Shown here piece by piece: positions 1-15,300 of a stretch of DNA of 64,000 bases (position 1 is its first letter; the number at the start of each line of letters is the position of its first letter). A program made the position numbers and the translations under genes. This DNA is from Trichinella spiralis. Taxonomy: Eukaryota. The notes beneath the pieces were generated by a model, which saw only the letters and a list, made by a program, of their open reading frames with translations, ran no database searches and was not told the DNA's origin. The stretch is from assembly GCF_000181795.1 (NCBI RefSeq), contig NW_003526941.1, forward strand, positions 9,438,038 to 9,502,037, written 5' to 3'.

Positions 1-2948
1 TCTTCTGTTCCGTGTAGAAGGCGTTTAAAATTCTTTTTTCTCCATTGTTCATATCTGCAATAATGTTAAATGCTAAATAACAAATAGTCGCACTTTATCA
101 CATAGTGAAAGTTACAATAAATTGAAAACTGAATTTTCAAATATAATAATTACATTAAATTTTTAATCAAAAGATAACGTTTACAAAATAAGTGTGCACA
201 GTTTTTGAAGATAACTAACACAAGTAGAAAACAGAATTACTTTAAATTACCTTTAAACTAATTTTTGACGCCATAGTTAATTCAGAGAATATTTTACGAC
301 GCTACCACTTGATGATAAGGCACCTTTGTGACGATCATTATTTGTATAATGGAGTGCTCTATATCGAATTCTGTGGATGAAAATCTCTTGGTGAGTTAGT
401 GAAGAAGCTAAAAATGCAGCTTAAAGAAAGTTAGCGATTGTCTGAAAAAAGTATTGATTTGCACTGTTCAACGTTGTTCAAATAATCTAAAGAATAAATT
501 AAAAAAATACTTATTTATGCTTTCTCTATGGAAATTTATATAATCTTCTTTTCCATTATGTCAGTAGGGAATGCTACAATATATTGAAATATGAATAAAG
601 GTTATGAATATTAAAATTTAAATGCTCTAAAGAAACTTACCCTTGTTGTGTAAACATTAAAATATCAATTACCCGATTCATTTGATATTTGCTATTGCTG
701 TTATAAATTTAAACATTTAAAATAAATCTACATGGAATTCATAAACTTTAATTTATTGTGATAAAAAGTATTAATTTTATTACAGTGTTGCTCATAATGT
801 TGTGAAATGTTACTTACTTTGTAGTGCCACGTCCAAATTAGTAATGTTTTTTATGTGACTAATGATCATCAATCTTTTTCACTTTTACTCTGTGAGCAGT
901 GTATTTTTTAAGATAGTTTCACGAAAATAAAATTACATTTTTTCAGAATATGCTTTTTCTGGATATACTGTATTTGAAATTTTACTCAATTTCCTTTTTA
1001 ATTACAGTACACAGGTACACTTGTCTTCTGAAAGAACTGCTTCTTTTATTCAATACGAAAATTTCATTTAATGCGACTCTTATGACTTTATCATTATTAT
1101 GATTATTATAGAAACTTCATCAATGCACTTTACGAGTGCTGAAATTTTACAGTTAATCACTTACAAAACATGAAATATAGTAAAGGAAAATGTTTTTATT
1201 TTTCGCTTGTTATTAGAAATTGCTTGCTTAGTTTTTTAGTGCAAATAATATTTCTTTATTACAGAGATCAAGCTGTAATCACTTCGACTGTAAATGATGA
1301 CACGAGGAAAGTTGATCTTCTATGCAAATTATTTTTGCTCTTTTGTATTGATAATTAAGGACAACACTCATTTTTAGATGCAACTTTGCAACTTGAAAAG
1401 TCACACGAATTATAGAACCTTTGTCTGTGAATCAGAGAATAATTTTTCGTGTTTTTTGAAGTAAATTAAATGTAAGACAAAGAAGTTGTACACATCTCTA
1501 ACAGAAAGCAATCATGAACATCAATCAACTGAATGAGAGTATCTAATGGAAATGATTTGTCAGAAACGATTATATATAGTTTTGAAAAAGTATAATTACA
1601 TATGGAGCGAAAGAAAGTAAATGATGGAGTGAGTATGAGTTAAGTGAATGAATAAATATTATAACTGCCAATGGTGAATACTATAATTAAGCTGATTTAC
1701 CATTTATTGGAAAGTTGATTTCTCAACATTCAGATTTTTCAGACTATCCAAATTTGCAAATTCTACACGCAAATATGAAAAGCAAGTGAATGGCAGAATG
1801 TTGAGTAGAAGAAATAAGTATCTACAGTGAAAAAGATGCTGCCAAGTAATGGAAATATTCGATATTTTTCAATAAAAACTATACGGTCGTTCCGTAATGC
1901 AACAATAGGAAAGTACGAAAGTAATGAATGAGAGCAATTTGCAATGAAACGTTAAGCAAAGCAAGCTAATTAGTTTGAAAATGTCATCTTCAGACGATGT
2001 TTAAAAAATTTGCGTAATAAGCAGAATAAAAACTATGAGCGCGTATCGTTTTCGGTCTAATTAAATTGTGCAGTACCTATGGCAGAGCATGAACTGATAA
2101 TTTATACTTACATTTCAATACAAGTATGCACAGAAGCAAATGGCTTTAACTGATTTCATTTGAAACAAACGGTTCAGCTTGAATTGGAAACAAAAAAACA
2201 CAACCTTTAAAGCTGACAGGGTAGTTCAGTCTCCGTTACCTGTTCTTCAACAAATTTCTTCAATAGATCCAAAAATAATTAGTCTTTTTAAATATAATAA
2301 TTTCCATTTGACATCAACAAATCTCTACCATAATCGTAGCTTTTCCTATTTGGAAGTTGAAGGGCAGCATTATCCAGCTGAAGCTCGTTTGACATTCGCT
2401 TCGCTATGATGTATCAACCAATTTCAACGAATAAAATTGCTTGTATTTGATACTGATATTCTAAAACATCAATTTTGAAATGAAACACATCATTTCTGAA
2501 TAATGAAGAGTCAACCAGCTTTAATAAATCGATCAAATTAATAAATGAATAAAGATACTGCTCCGATTTGATCATTTGACCACTGAAAATGTTAGCTAAA
2601 AGTTTCTACCTCGGATGTTTTGCTGTTGCTTATAATAAATCACTCACATTGCTTGTTTTACAATTGTAGTTAGCCAGTTGACCAAATCTGGTCCGGATTG
2701 GTTTTGCGCAGTTTTGTAATGTTCAGTTGCTATGAAAATTACAAATTAGAAGTAAAAGCCCTTATTCATAGGAAGAATACTTTCTTATCAACAAATTTTC
2801 GGTGTACCAAAGTGGCTAGCTGAAATTATTAAAATCCGCTCTGAGCATTTCAATATTTATAATTTTGTTCGTAAGGAAAATTTATTTGGATTTGCTTTTT
2901 CCCAGCAAACAGTTTTGCCAGAATAAAGAACAATTTTTCGAACTTCAT

Positions 2949-5435
2949 TCAGTAGGCGTAACGCCTTTTGTGTTTGGTTTTCATCTTCCAATGCCTCCAT
3001 ATATCAGCCATGTACTGAACGTTACGCTTACGCGTCAGTTTGGAATCATCACTGACCAACAGTGACTACAAGAAAAAAAATTTTTTTTTCTTCTTTAACT
3101 TTTTTAAGGATAATTTTTGTCCGCTTACTTGGCAGTTGAATATTTGTTGAGGAATTTCCAATTCTCCACAAACGATGAAATTGACTTTGTCAAGCTGCTC
3201 CGATGAAAGCGGTGTTCTCAAATGTATCGTCTGGTCGTCCGTGTCGACGTAAGAAATTATACCTGTTTGAACAACAAGTTGTATTATTATCCAACAACAT
3301 TAATTTTACCAATTCAACAATTATTATTATTATTATTAAATTCTATTCAACGAACCAAATCCAAGGCACAATGGAACTGATCCTGGCGGAGCAATTGCGG
3401 GTAAAGATGCATCATTGCAGTAGTGCTGTTCACAGGGATCTTCAGCATTATGATCGTTCAAATGACACAAGCCAACCACACCACTTGCCTTCAACCAACA
3501 CATTATAAATTTTCCACCGACATCAACATGTGCAACAGCAATGAAGCATTTCTTCCACTGAAGTTTTGAAGTTGGAGCGTTAAAAAAATTAACCCATTCT
3601 TTGTAATTGTGGGCAAAATAATTGCAAATATAATGCGAGCGGAGCAGTTTCTTGTCCAGTGCTCGCCTGAAAATAATAGAACACAACGTCATTTTATCAA
3701 ATATTGTTGAATATTTAAATTTCTTCAATTTCATTCTTGTCATTCGCTTACAAGACTCTCAAATGGGATGTTCGAACAAAACGGATTTCCCTTCGTTCCT
3801 CCAAAGCAACCCTGGCCACTCGGCTAGCGGCTGCTTCGTCCATTTGAATGTTGCAATTTTCAAAGAAAAATATTTCATTCGGTTTCAATGAATCGACAAT
3901 TCTCAACAATATGTCCAAACCTAGGCCTGAAATAAAAAAAAATAAACACTCATTCCAATTCAATTCACGTTCAACAAAAATATGCAAAACAAATTGTACC
4001 GCTTATCCAACCGTTGCAGTTGATCAACAGTACACCGTATTTTGTAATTTTCACGTATTCTTCATAAAGTCTGCTAATTAACTGCAGGTAAATTTCCGGT
4101 CTGTTGGATGGGGAAATTTCTCCGTAAAAATAACAACTACAATTAATGCAACATTGCAAGAAAGAAGTTCAGTCATCAACATCATCATCAAACTTACATT
4201 TCACATTTATTCATTCGTTTCAAATTCACGCCGTATAATGGTTCGTCCAACTTTGTCAACGATATACAACCGGGAAGTGTCATTTCGCTTTGACCAAGAT
4301 CCAGATCCATCAAATAAGTTTTCACTTTTCTTAACAATTCAGAATTTGTAAAATTGAAGTTTAAAATTAAAACAAAAAACCAAAATATACAGTGAAAGAA
4401 GACGATTGGCAAAGTATCTCATACGTGTAGATTTCCCTGAACCAATGTGCCCGCAGAACAAAATGCTTAAACGTTCTAATCTTGAAAATCGACGTGCCTG
4501 TGATGCTGCTTGGTCGAACAATACAGTTTCTTCGTTGGTAAGAGAAAACGCGTGCAACAACTTAGCTTCCTTAGTTAGCAAAAAAATTCCCGGGATAAGC
4601 GCGTGCTTTTCAGAGATGGTTGAATTGTTGTTGTTTGTTGCGCAATTCTGCGGTTTAATCATGCTCAACCGTTCAAAGCTGGTTCCCAATGCTAAAGGTA
4701 ACTGAACGCATCTTATGATCAAAACTGCAGCCGCACTGAGAATTCTTTTGCGAATTTCCTTTGTGAACAGTGGTTTCAAAAAATTTCCATTACAGAATTG
4801 GAAAAAATGACGTGTGTTGCTTCTGCTTTGCTCAACTGTTCGCCTTCCTGTGTTGAAACTAATCAAAGGACTTCCGTAATAAGAAGAAAATACTTGGTAA
4901 AATTTCGGAGGAATCGAAGCTTCCAATTCAAAACCGAAAACATGACAGTGACCAAGCAATAACCCAAATTCAACACAACCACTGAATGTAAGTTGTTGTT
5001 TAGTCTTCAAAAGAAGCAGACTGCAAAATTTTCTCTGGAAAACTTTATCACTATTCCACTGAATTTCCAGTAATCTTAAAATAAAATTAAAACGCCATGA
5101 ATTTTAAACTAATTTTAAACTTTCTCTCATAACAACTTACTCATGAGAACAATTGGGAAAAACAACTTCTTCACTTTTCACCGGTATTTCTTTAATTTTA
5201 GTCTTAAACCTAAAGCAGAAAAGTGCACTTGTAGAATGGGCAGAAAAAGTTTTCACTTATAAACTTCAATAAAACACTACAGCACTGAGCACTTTTTCAA
5301 TATGAAAAAAAATTTAAAACACGAATTATAAAAAAAAAACTTTGAATAAAAATACTTTTTCCACAAATTTTTCCGCATTACTTCTACATCATGCGGAGTG
5401 CGTAAACTTCCATTTTGACTTTCTGAACAGTCCAT
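2949..5435 (-). CDS. NOL9: Polynucleotide 5'-hydroxyl kinase NOL9/Grc3 (Clp1 family), multi-exon
   Basis: Spliced frame contains P-loop CGHIGSGKSTRMRYFANRLL, MDLDLGQSEMTLPGCISL, YFYGEISP, LLINCNGWISGLGLDILLRIV and C-terminal CLGFG motifs typical of Nol9/Grc3. ATG at 5435 follows TTTTCAG; last exon ends KRRYAY* at 2949. Confidence 0.85.
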
Positions 5436-6714
5436 CTGAAAAATAACAAAACATTTCGATACTCGACAATTTACTTTACATAGATACAATACTTGTAATC
5501 TGATTGATTGTGCAAGTGATTTAATATTAATTCACGAAATTAAAACAGTCAATTCTAATACAGCATGCCTTATGTTAAAATATCAAATCAAACGTATTTC
5601 ACTTAAAATATAAAACGCAATATACTAATAATTTTATAAATACATATAAATTTTACAATAACGGTCTTGTAAAACAATGAAATACGAATAATTAAAAAAA
5701 CATGTAAATGGAAAACAGTTCGACTGAAAAAGCAAAAAGGTGAATTTTAATAAACACTAATGCTAGCCAACACAACGTAACCAACATACCGATACTTGTT
5801 ATTTGTTCGCAATCTGGTACTTCAAATGCTCAGTTAGTTGGTCGAGTTAGAAAACACACTGAGCAAGCGGAAATACTGATGCAGGTAAAATGCTTGCGCT
5901 TCTATCTTTTAGTGGCCATCATTTTCGGACAAATTTACAACTTGGTACTGTAGAAAAAAATTGTACGTCAAGTAATCAAATTATTGTGAAGTAAATTCCG
6001 CTTTGCAAATATTAAATAATTTCAATACTTTTTTAATACGTTAAAATCGCCATCAAGCAATGCATCTGAAAATTTATTACAAATGTCTTCCACATTACGC
6101 ATACTGTAGTACCGAACTTGAGCATGTGTATTATTATACAGGTATTACATATTTATTGTGATTTAGCAGAATTTAAGTGAAACATTATTTTTATATGGGT
6201 TTTCTGTTTGAAAAAAAATTAAACATCAACTCAACGATTAAACGGATGAGAATGAATTGGAAGAGAAAAATGTGGTTATTTCACTTGAAGGACGCGATTA
6301 TTTAATAAAAACCCGAGCACTGTAAAAATAACTGATTTCGCTTTGTGCAAAGTGTGAACTGAAATCTGTGTGCTTGGTTATAATATGGAGAGAAGTTTAA
6401 AGTAATTTAATTGGTATCACTTGCATAAATTGTATTATCTTTTTAAATTGTAAAGATGCTCATTACACTGAAATAGGGCTAAACGGTTTTACAGTATGAA
6501 TATGAGAAATTCAATTTGAAATGAAAATAATTTTTATTCGTATCCAGTATTATAATGAATTTTATCGTAAGAGGAATTAAAAATGAAAACAAACTTCCGT
6601 TCCTCGTGCTTAAAAAAAGCACAAATGAATTCAAATAGCAGTATTGAACGAACAAAATAAAAAAATGAAGAAAACAAACCGAAAAGAAGCACCCAACAAA
6701 GAAAAGCTGTGCTT

Positions 6715-7566
6715 TCAGGCAGGGCGTTTGAAATGACGAGCCAAAACTAGGATGGTGTTTTTCAAATTTTCTCGCTTTGCTACTCCTGAACTCAGCTCAA
6801 AAACTTTCAACGAATGGTCAAGAAATTCGGGAACACTGAACGACTCTTGCACAGCATACCGGATAAAACACTCGGTATAATGCAACAAATAGACCCCACA
6901 GTCGCTTAAATTTTTTTGCTTCGGAACCCGAACTATTTTGTAGGGCAGTTCATCGTCGCCAAGCTTAATATCTGGCATATTTAACCGAATACCAAGCTCA
7001 CGAGAAAAGGAATGACGCAGTTCTTGTAATATGCGCTTGTTTATGCTCCAATGCAAAGAGTCGACGTAGAGCATAAACGGTGAACAACCGGCGTCAACGC
7101 GACCATTCAATGCTGCCGCCATATTATTCATATAACAAAGAATTACCAAAGTCCAGTGATAATTGTGGCATACTGGTATAATAACAAACTTCTTTTCAAA
7201 AACATTCAAACGTCTGAGAACGTAATGATCTCTTTCACGTTTTATCGATTCCAAGAATGAAGCTGGCAAAAAACAAAAATCATAATTTTTATAATCATTC
7301 AAAAGTTCCAACAGCAACACCATAAAAAAGTCGACAACTTCGTCGTTCAGCCAATTGTCGTGAAGCAAACACGTCAAGTGTTCTTCATACAAAGTGATGC
7401 AGTCGACATTGTTATATCGAATAGCCAAGCGCTGGCCAATTTCAGAAGTTTGATTTCTACCATCAGCCTTTTGTCGTTGCGGGTGTCGGGTTGGGATAGC
7501 TTGAAGCGCCGCTTCAACAACATCCGGATAGCATTCGATTTTGCTCAGTAAACGTTTGCTTATCAT
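6715..7566 (-). CDS. SUMO/sentrin-specific protease (peptidase C48, SENP6/7-like), intronless 283 aa
   Basis: WLNDEVVDFF, IIPVCHNYHW (His), YVDSL (Asp) and PKQKNLSDCGVYLL (Gln/Cys); catalytic triad intact. Confidence 0.9.
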   Translation of the reverse strand: MISKRLLSKIECYPDVVEAALQAIPTRHPQRQKADGRNQTSEIGQRLAIRYNNVDCITLYEEHLTCLLHDNWLNDEVVDFFMVLLLELLNDYKNYDFCFLPASFLESIKRERDHYVLRRLNVFEKKFVIIPVCHNYHWTLVILCYMNNMAAALNGRVDAGCSPFMLYVDSLHWSINKRILQELRHSFSRELGIRLNMPDIKLGDDELPYKIVRVPKQKNLSDCGVYLLHYTECFIRYAVQESFSVPEFLDHSLKVFELSSGVAKRENLKNTILVLARHFKRPA

Positions 7567-8963
7567 GAAATCTAATTTTTTATCTTCACTGACTAAATTG
7601 ATGCAGATAAATCATATAAATAAATAATAAGAGCAAAAAATACAAACAGTATAAGAAGAAAATATTCCAAATTTTTAAATATAACTTCCAAAACTTTCAT
7701 TATACCTTTTCTCAAATTATACTTAATCTTTACTTATCAAAAATTCAATAACAACTAGCAAATTAAACGAAAATTTTTACCAATAATAACATAATGATAA
7801 TAAACTTCAATTTACACTCTATTGAGAACCTCAAACACTTACAACCAAAATGATGTAATGAAATAAAAACCAAACACTAGAGAGAATTAGTATTATTCAC
7901 ATTAGATTAAAAAAACCTTTTACCTCAAATTACCCGTTAAAGCAATATAAATTAGGCAGAAAACAAACATTTTTACGAAAAAAATATCACGCAAATTTTC
8001 AAACTTTCAATTTGAAAGTTATCACATACTATAAAGATATATACTATATTCATATAAGATTCAAAACCACTAACTATATTACAGCGGAATTTAGAATGAA
8101 AAACAATATTTTAAAATCTGGACGCAATGAGTCAGAAAGCACTTAAAAAAATAAAAATAGATATAGCTCATCTAACGACAACATCCTATTTTACAATACT
8201 TTACACATTGAATAAACAAATTAATACAAGATAACATTCATTGAGAAAAAGATCATTATATACCTAACTCAACAGCACTGAAATCGCCGGCAATCTTTGT
8301 CATAAGAGAAAACAGAAACTTAACGAAATTACATAGTGATAAATTTCATACTGTAAAGAAAAATGTAGGTATAATAAAACCTATTTTAATTTACAACAAT
8401 TTTCACCTTCTCAAAATGAAATATTTTGATTAATTAAACTGTAAAATAATTCTAAAAGAATTTAAAATAATTCAATAAATAAATTACTACACATACTGCT
8501 TGCTGCTCACATCAACGGCGTTAAAATTCAGATTCCCATTTAATTTACCAAAAACAGGAATACGCTCTCAAAACTGTAGAATATGTAAAAAAATAACGAA
8601 GAATTAAAACAGAATCATTACAAATTTAGTAAACAAAGAAAAAACGCATCTGAGAAGTTGTCATTCTGTGACCTTAATCTAATTAATGATACTCAAGTTC
8701 GACATTAAAAATTTTTTGAACAATTTTGCACTAGCGATTGAGATTGTCTTATTCAGTTATCGTTATTTTCCGCATCTAAAATTCTAAAAAAATAATGTAT
8801 TTTTAAATTTCTTTTCAGTGTTCAATTGCTTTTCACTTTTTAATCATCGTTTTTTCAGTTGGGATAAATGTTTAACTTAAATTAATTAATTGTACCAAAT
8901 TACAACAGTACTGCATTCGAAAGAGTTAACAGTGTTTATGGTAATTTCGGCTCAGCCATATGA

Positions 8964-9128
8964 TTAATTAGTTATTTGATCTTCGTTCTTTGATTGAAGA
9001 CTCAACCATATGCCCATTCGTCGACGAGATTCTTCCCTCTTTTCCAAATATAGTACACCTAGAATTGCAGATATCGTAAAACAGGTGCAAGCTGCGAGGA
9101 AATATTTTCCCCAAAGTTTCTGTGACAT
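8964..9128 (-). CDS. PET117-like mitochondrial microprotein (54 aa)
   Basis: MSQKLWGKYFLAACTCFTISAILGVLYLEKREESRRRMGI: basic N-terminus, one hydrophobic helix ending in GV, charged stretch then G-hydrophobic, resembling PET117. The C-terminus is diverged. Confidence 0.5.
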   Translation of the reverse strand: MSQKLWGKYFLAACTCFTISAILGVLYLEKREESRRRMGIWLSLQSKNEDQITN

Positions 9129-9906
9129 GATTTCCGCTCTGACTTTAACGATTTCCAATTATACTAAAACAATACATATATAAAATAATAAAGGAGTAAA
9201 TAATTTCAACCATCAAACCTGAAAGAATTTTTAACAAATACACGAACACAATGTTCAAAAAAATATTTTTACCTTAATGAGTAGCCAAACTAAACAAAAC
9301 GAAAAAGCATATTTAATTTTAGCGATTTATTCATTGCTAAAAATCATGGATTTTTTCCATTATGCATTATTGTTTCCAATACCGAGTACTTATTACATAA
9401 GTCAGGTAAATTTTGCACGCTACCGTAGATGCACAAAAAACTCATGTACATCAGCAATTATTACTATTATAAATTTAACATATTCGTAAAAATCAAATCA
9501 AACTTTGTTAAACATTTCCAATTTTACAATTTAAAAGTGAAAAAATCTGTTCACATTATCATGCATAACTTTACTATACAGATAAAAGATTAATTATCAA
9601 TAAAAAGCTCAGTTGATAAAATTTAAGCACCAGGATATGATTGAAATAACCATCATAATGACTGTTAAAAGCAGTAGAGTATTATTAGATTTCGGTAGGT
9701 AATTTTTTGAATGTAAATGGCTGCGTTTTGCACAACTGCGCCTGCTTAAATTATTCACGATACAATCAATCATTCAATCGCAGATAATTAATCTAAAGAA
9801 TACCTTAATTGAAGATCAAGTTCGACAAAACAATGGAATGAAATGAAATGAAATGACAGACTGCATTTCTTCAAATGTGCGAACTATTATCGCTTTAATA
9901 AAGATT

Positions 9907-11878
<1,972 letters not shown>

Positions 11879-12333
11879 CAACTGAGTGAGAATCATCAAA
11901 ATTAATAAGATACAAAAGAGATAAATTCAAAAATACATTCGCCGTCAGATCGGTGTGCAGATTTGCATTCAGAAAATCTGTAGAATCATCACAGAGAAAA
12001 AAAAGAATTTACTTTTACTAACAGCTTCTAAGTAAAAGAATAAATTTTTCATTTTTCTTAAATAAAGCTTCTGTTCAACGGGACTAGAAGAAAAGACAAA
12101 GAAAAAGCCTGCTTGCTCTTAAAGCCAGGATGAAAATAAGAAAAGAAAAACAAAACAGCACCGACATAAGTACAAAAATCTACCACATCAATAATTACAA
12201 AGGAAACATCACTAACAGACTACAAAAGGAGAACAAATGTTTATGAAATAAGTAAAATAAACAACATAAATAAAATACATACTTGAATGCATAGAAAAAA
12301 AGTATGCAAAACAGTGGAGAAAAGGCTGTTTTC

Positions 12334-15300
12334 TTAAATAATTCTAAATGGTAGAGATGCGCTGTTCAGATGAGAGTGGAACATTTCCACTGCTTCGAAA
12401 ACGCTTGAACAACTCTGCTGAACTATTGCAATTTTACTACAAACTGAAGTGCTATCGAACAACAAATAGCACAACAGTGCAAAGTAGAACTAGTGATAGT
12501 GTAGCCTGCGACGAACAGCCGCTACAGTGTGCAAATGGATCCTGAAAATCATTTATAAATAAAGAACTTTTTACAGGAATTTCAAAATACATTTCATGTT
12601 AACTACTCACATCATCTTCCACTGCTTGACAGGCGCTAGGCGGTCTACGATAACGGGTGGTAAGTTTACATGCTTGTGGATGCATTACTTTGTCAGTAGC
12701 ATTCAGAGCAATATTAAATCCCCAAGGAAGACTGTCCCTTGAAAAATAATCTTTGCAGAGGTCACCGTTACACTGCGTACCCTCTGTACTGTATACAACC
12801 AAAACTAAATTCGTCTTTTCAATTCGTACTGCATAAGCGTACCTGAAATCCATTACTTGGTGAAATAAATAAAAGGTAAAAAAAGAATTAAAATAAATAT
12901 TACAAATTGCACGAACTGACTCTCGCGTACGAATCACTCGTCGCTACTGAAGAGCACAACTGCTTGCCTTCAGCTAACGTCAGTGGCCCTTTGAAGTCGT
13001 TGTTCAACAAATAAAACGACGATGCCCTATCACATGGCAACCCATCTTGAATATCTCGAAATGTTGCCGTATAACCTGAAGAAAATAATAAAATTTTGAA
13101 TTAGAAAATGTAATCTTTTCACCAACAGCTCTTACATGATGCACGGGAAAATAGGCTAAATATTATTGCCAAAGGATTAATTTCCACAAAAAATCTAAAT
13201 GTCTTTTTCAAGTAAGCGAGACAATACGTTTTTGATGAAAATTTCCAACAAAATACCTGATCACTTTCTGCAGAATTGAGATGATCAATTTTGAAACGGC
13301 TAACAATGGCTAAAACAAAAACCGCATATAATGCAAATTAACAATACAACAAAAAAAACCAATACATTGAACAAACGTCTTGCGGAATTGTACAAATTCA
13401 AGTTCTGGCATAAATCTTGAAAATCAACGTACAACAATCTGAAATGTAAGAATAAATTTTTATTCTAAATTGCCGCTTTCATTTTCTCTGCTACTTTTGA
13501 TAAACGAACAAATCGACCAATTTCTTCATCAAATATCTCTCAATAGCACCATTTTCGGTATTCTCCAGACTCAGATGTCCGAAAAATTGACGCAAATAAT
13601 GAACACGCTTAAATTAATTCATATATATATATATATTATCAGTAAAAACAGAATAAACAATAAACAAACTTCTTGCGACGTATGTGGCAATGAGGCGTAG
13701 ACAATATAGCCGTGTTCATCGAGAAGGTAGCATCTAACTTTGCTGTTAAACTACAAAAAAAAAAGAAATACAAGCGATCGTATCTCGAAAAAGAACAAAT
13801 AATCATTAATTTACGTGGCACATTTTATGGCTAGCGTTGTAAATCATCTCTTCAAAACTGGCGTAAAGCATCTCAAAGCCAACTACACTAGCCGGTGCTT
13901 CGTTGCCGTAATCATCACGCACAAGTATGGCACGATTGCCTGTGACAATTATACTTCGACCATCTTTCGCGTGTGGATAAGTTTGAGATCCATTTTTTAA
14001 ATATATATTATCTTGAAAAAAAACTCGTTTAATATTTAAAAGAAATTAATATTTTCCTAATCAATCAAAATTATGAATTGTTCTACTTGTAATGTTGATG
14101 TCAAAAACAAATTCGCCGTTCAAAAACTGCATCGCTCTTTTGTAAAATACCTCGTCCAAAGCTCGAGTGTGTCGTTTGGAAAAATGAAAATATGGCCTAA
14201 ATAAGATTTTTATAAAAATGAAAATTATATTTTTTTATCAATAACAATAAAATTAATTTTCAATTCACTTGTCTAGAGTGGTTGGTAATTCTTCAGTTCT
14301 GTTATCATCCGATGGCCAAGTTTGCACATCAGGTTGATATTGAACATCTTTCAAATCCATGCTCACAAATCGAGTAAGACCAGCATGGGTTGCCAAATAA
14401 ACCAAATGAACACCTTTCCTTAAATTGCACATTTGTTTCATTCATGACCACAGAAACAACAACAGCTATTACCTCTCATCAAGTCGAGATTCTTGAATCC
14501 AAGCAGAGTCCATTTGACTAGTCACTTCAGCATCGAATAACAAACGTTCAATCAGATATGTATACAGAGCACCTGAAATTTATTTCAAATCTGTATAAAA
14601 ATAAAATATTCAATTTTCTCAGGCTACAATTTCGTGCTATTCTTCCAGTTTCAGAATAGTGTTTCATGTTGATCACAAATGCTTCTTCTTTTGTCATACT
14701 GTAATCTGAGTCATTGATACGACAGTAATGCCTTTTCAATGAAAAAAATTGATAATTAATTTTTAAAATAAATCCCATCACCAAACGTTCTCTCACCAAT
14801 CAGGATGCAGACGCCAGTTTGTACCACTGAACCATTTAACTGAATATTCAATAAAAATTGTAATAAATGTACATAAATAAATAAAATCAATAAATAACCA
14901 GCCTTACAATCAATGTTCTTGTATGGATATGGTGAATATGTCGAAGGTAAGGCAATTCGATATCTCGAATCTTCAGGAACAGCCAACGCTAAGCTGAAAT
15001 AATAACTAAATTCAGTTTTCAATGAACAATTAGATGAACAAAAAAAATTCACCTCATTAAAGTGTTGTTAATACCGCGATAATGATATACATTATTTTGC
15101 AAATATACTCGTCTCTGTAAATAAAATAAATAGTTAAAAGGGGGAAAAACTGAGCATAAAATCTGCAAACATTAAAATATACAAACCAAATTGTTGGGAC
15201 CATCGCATGCCCAAATTACTTTCTGAGAAAATTTTCGCAAAAAATCTTTACTACTCACACCATCTGCCAGATGACGTCTCAGCTAAAAACATAAAAAACA

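Noticed and set aside
1..500. Minus-strand exon-like segments at the window edge
   Set aside because: Could not be joined into a consistent frame.
5940..6500. Recurrent TACTGTA/TACAGTA words upstream of housekeeping genes
   Set aside because: A rough expectation for this 7-mer at this AT content is similar to the number seen in the window; no enrichment demonstrated.
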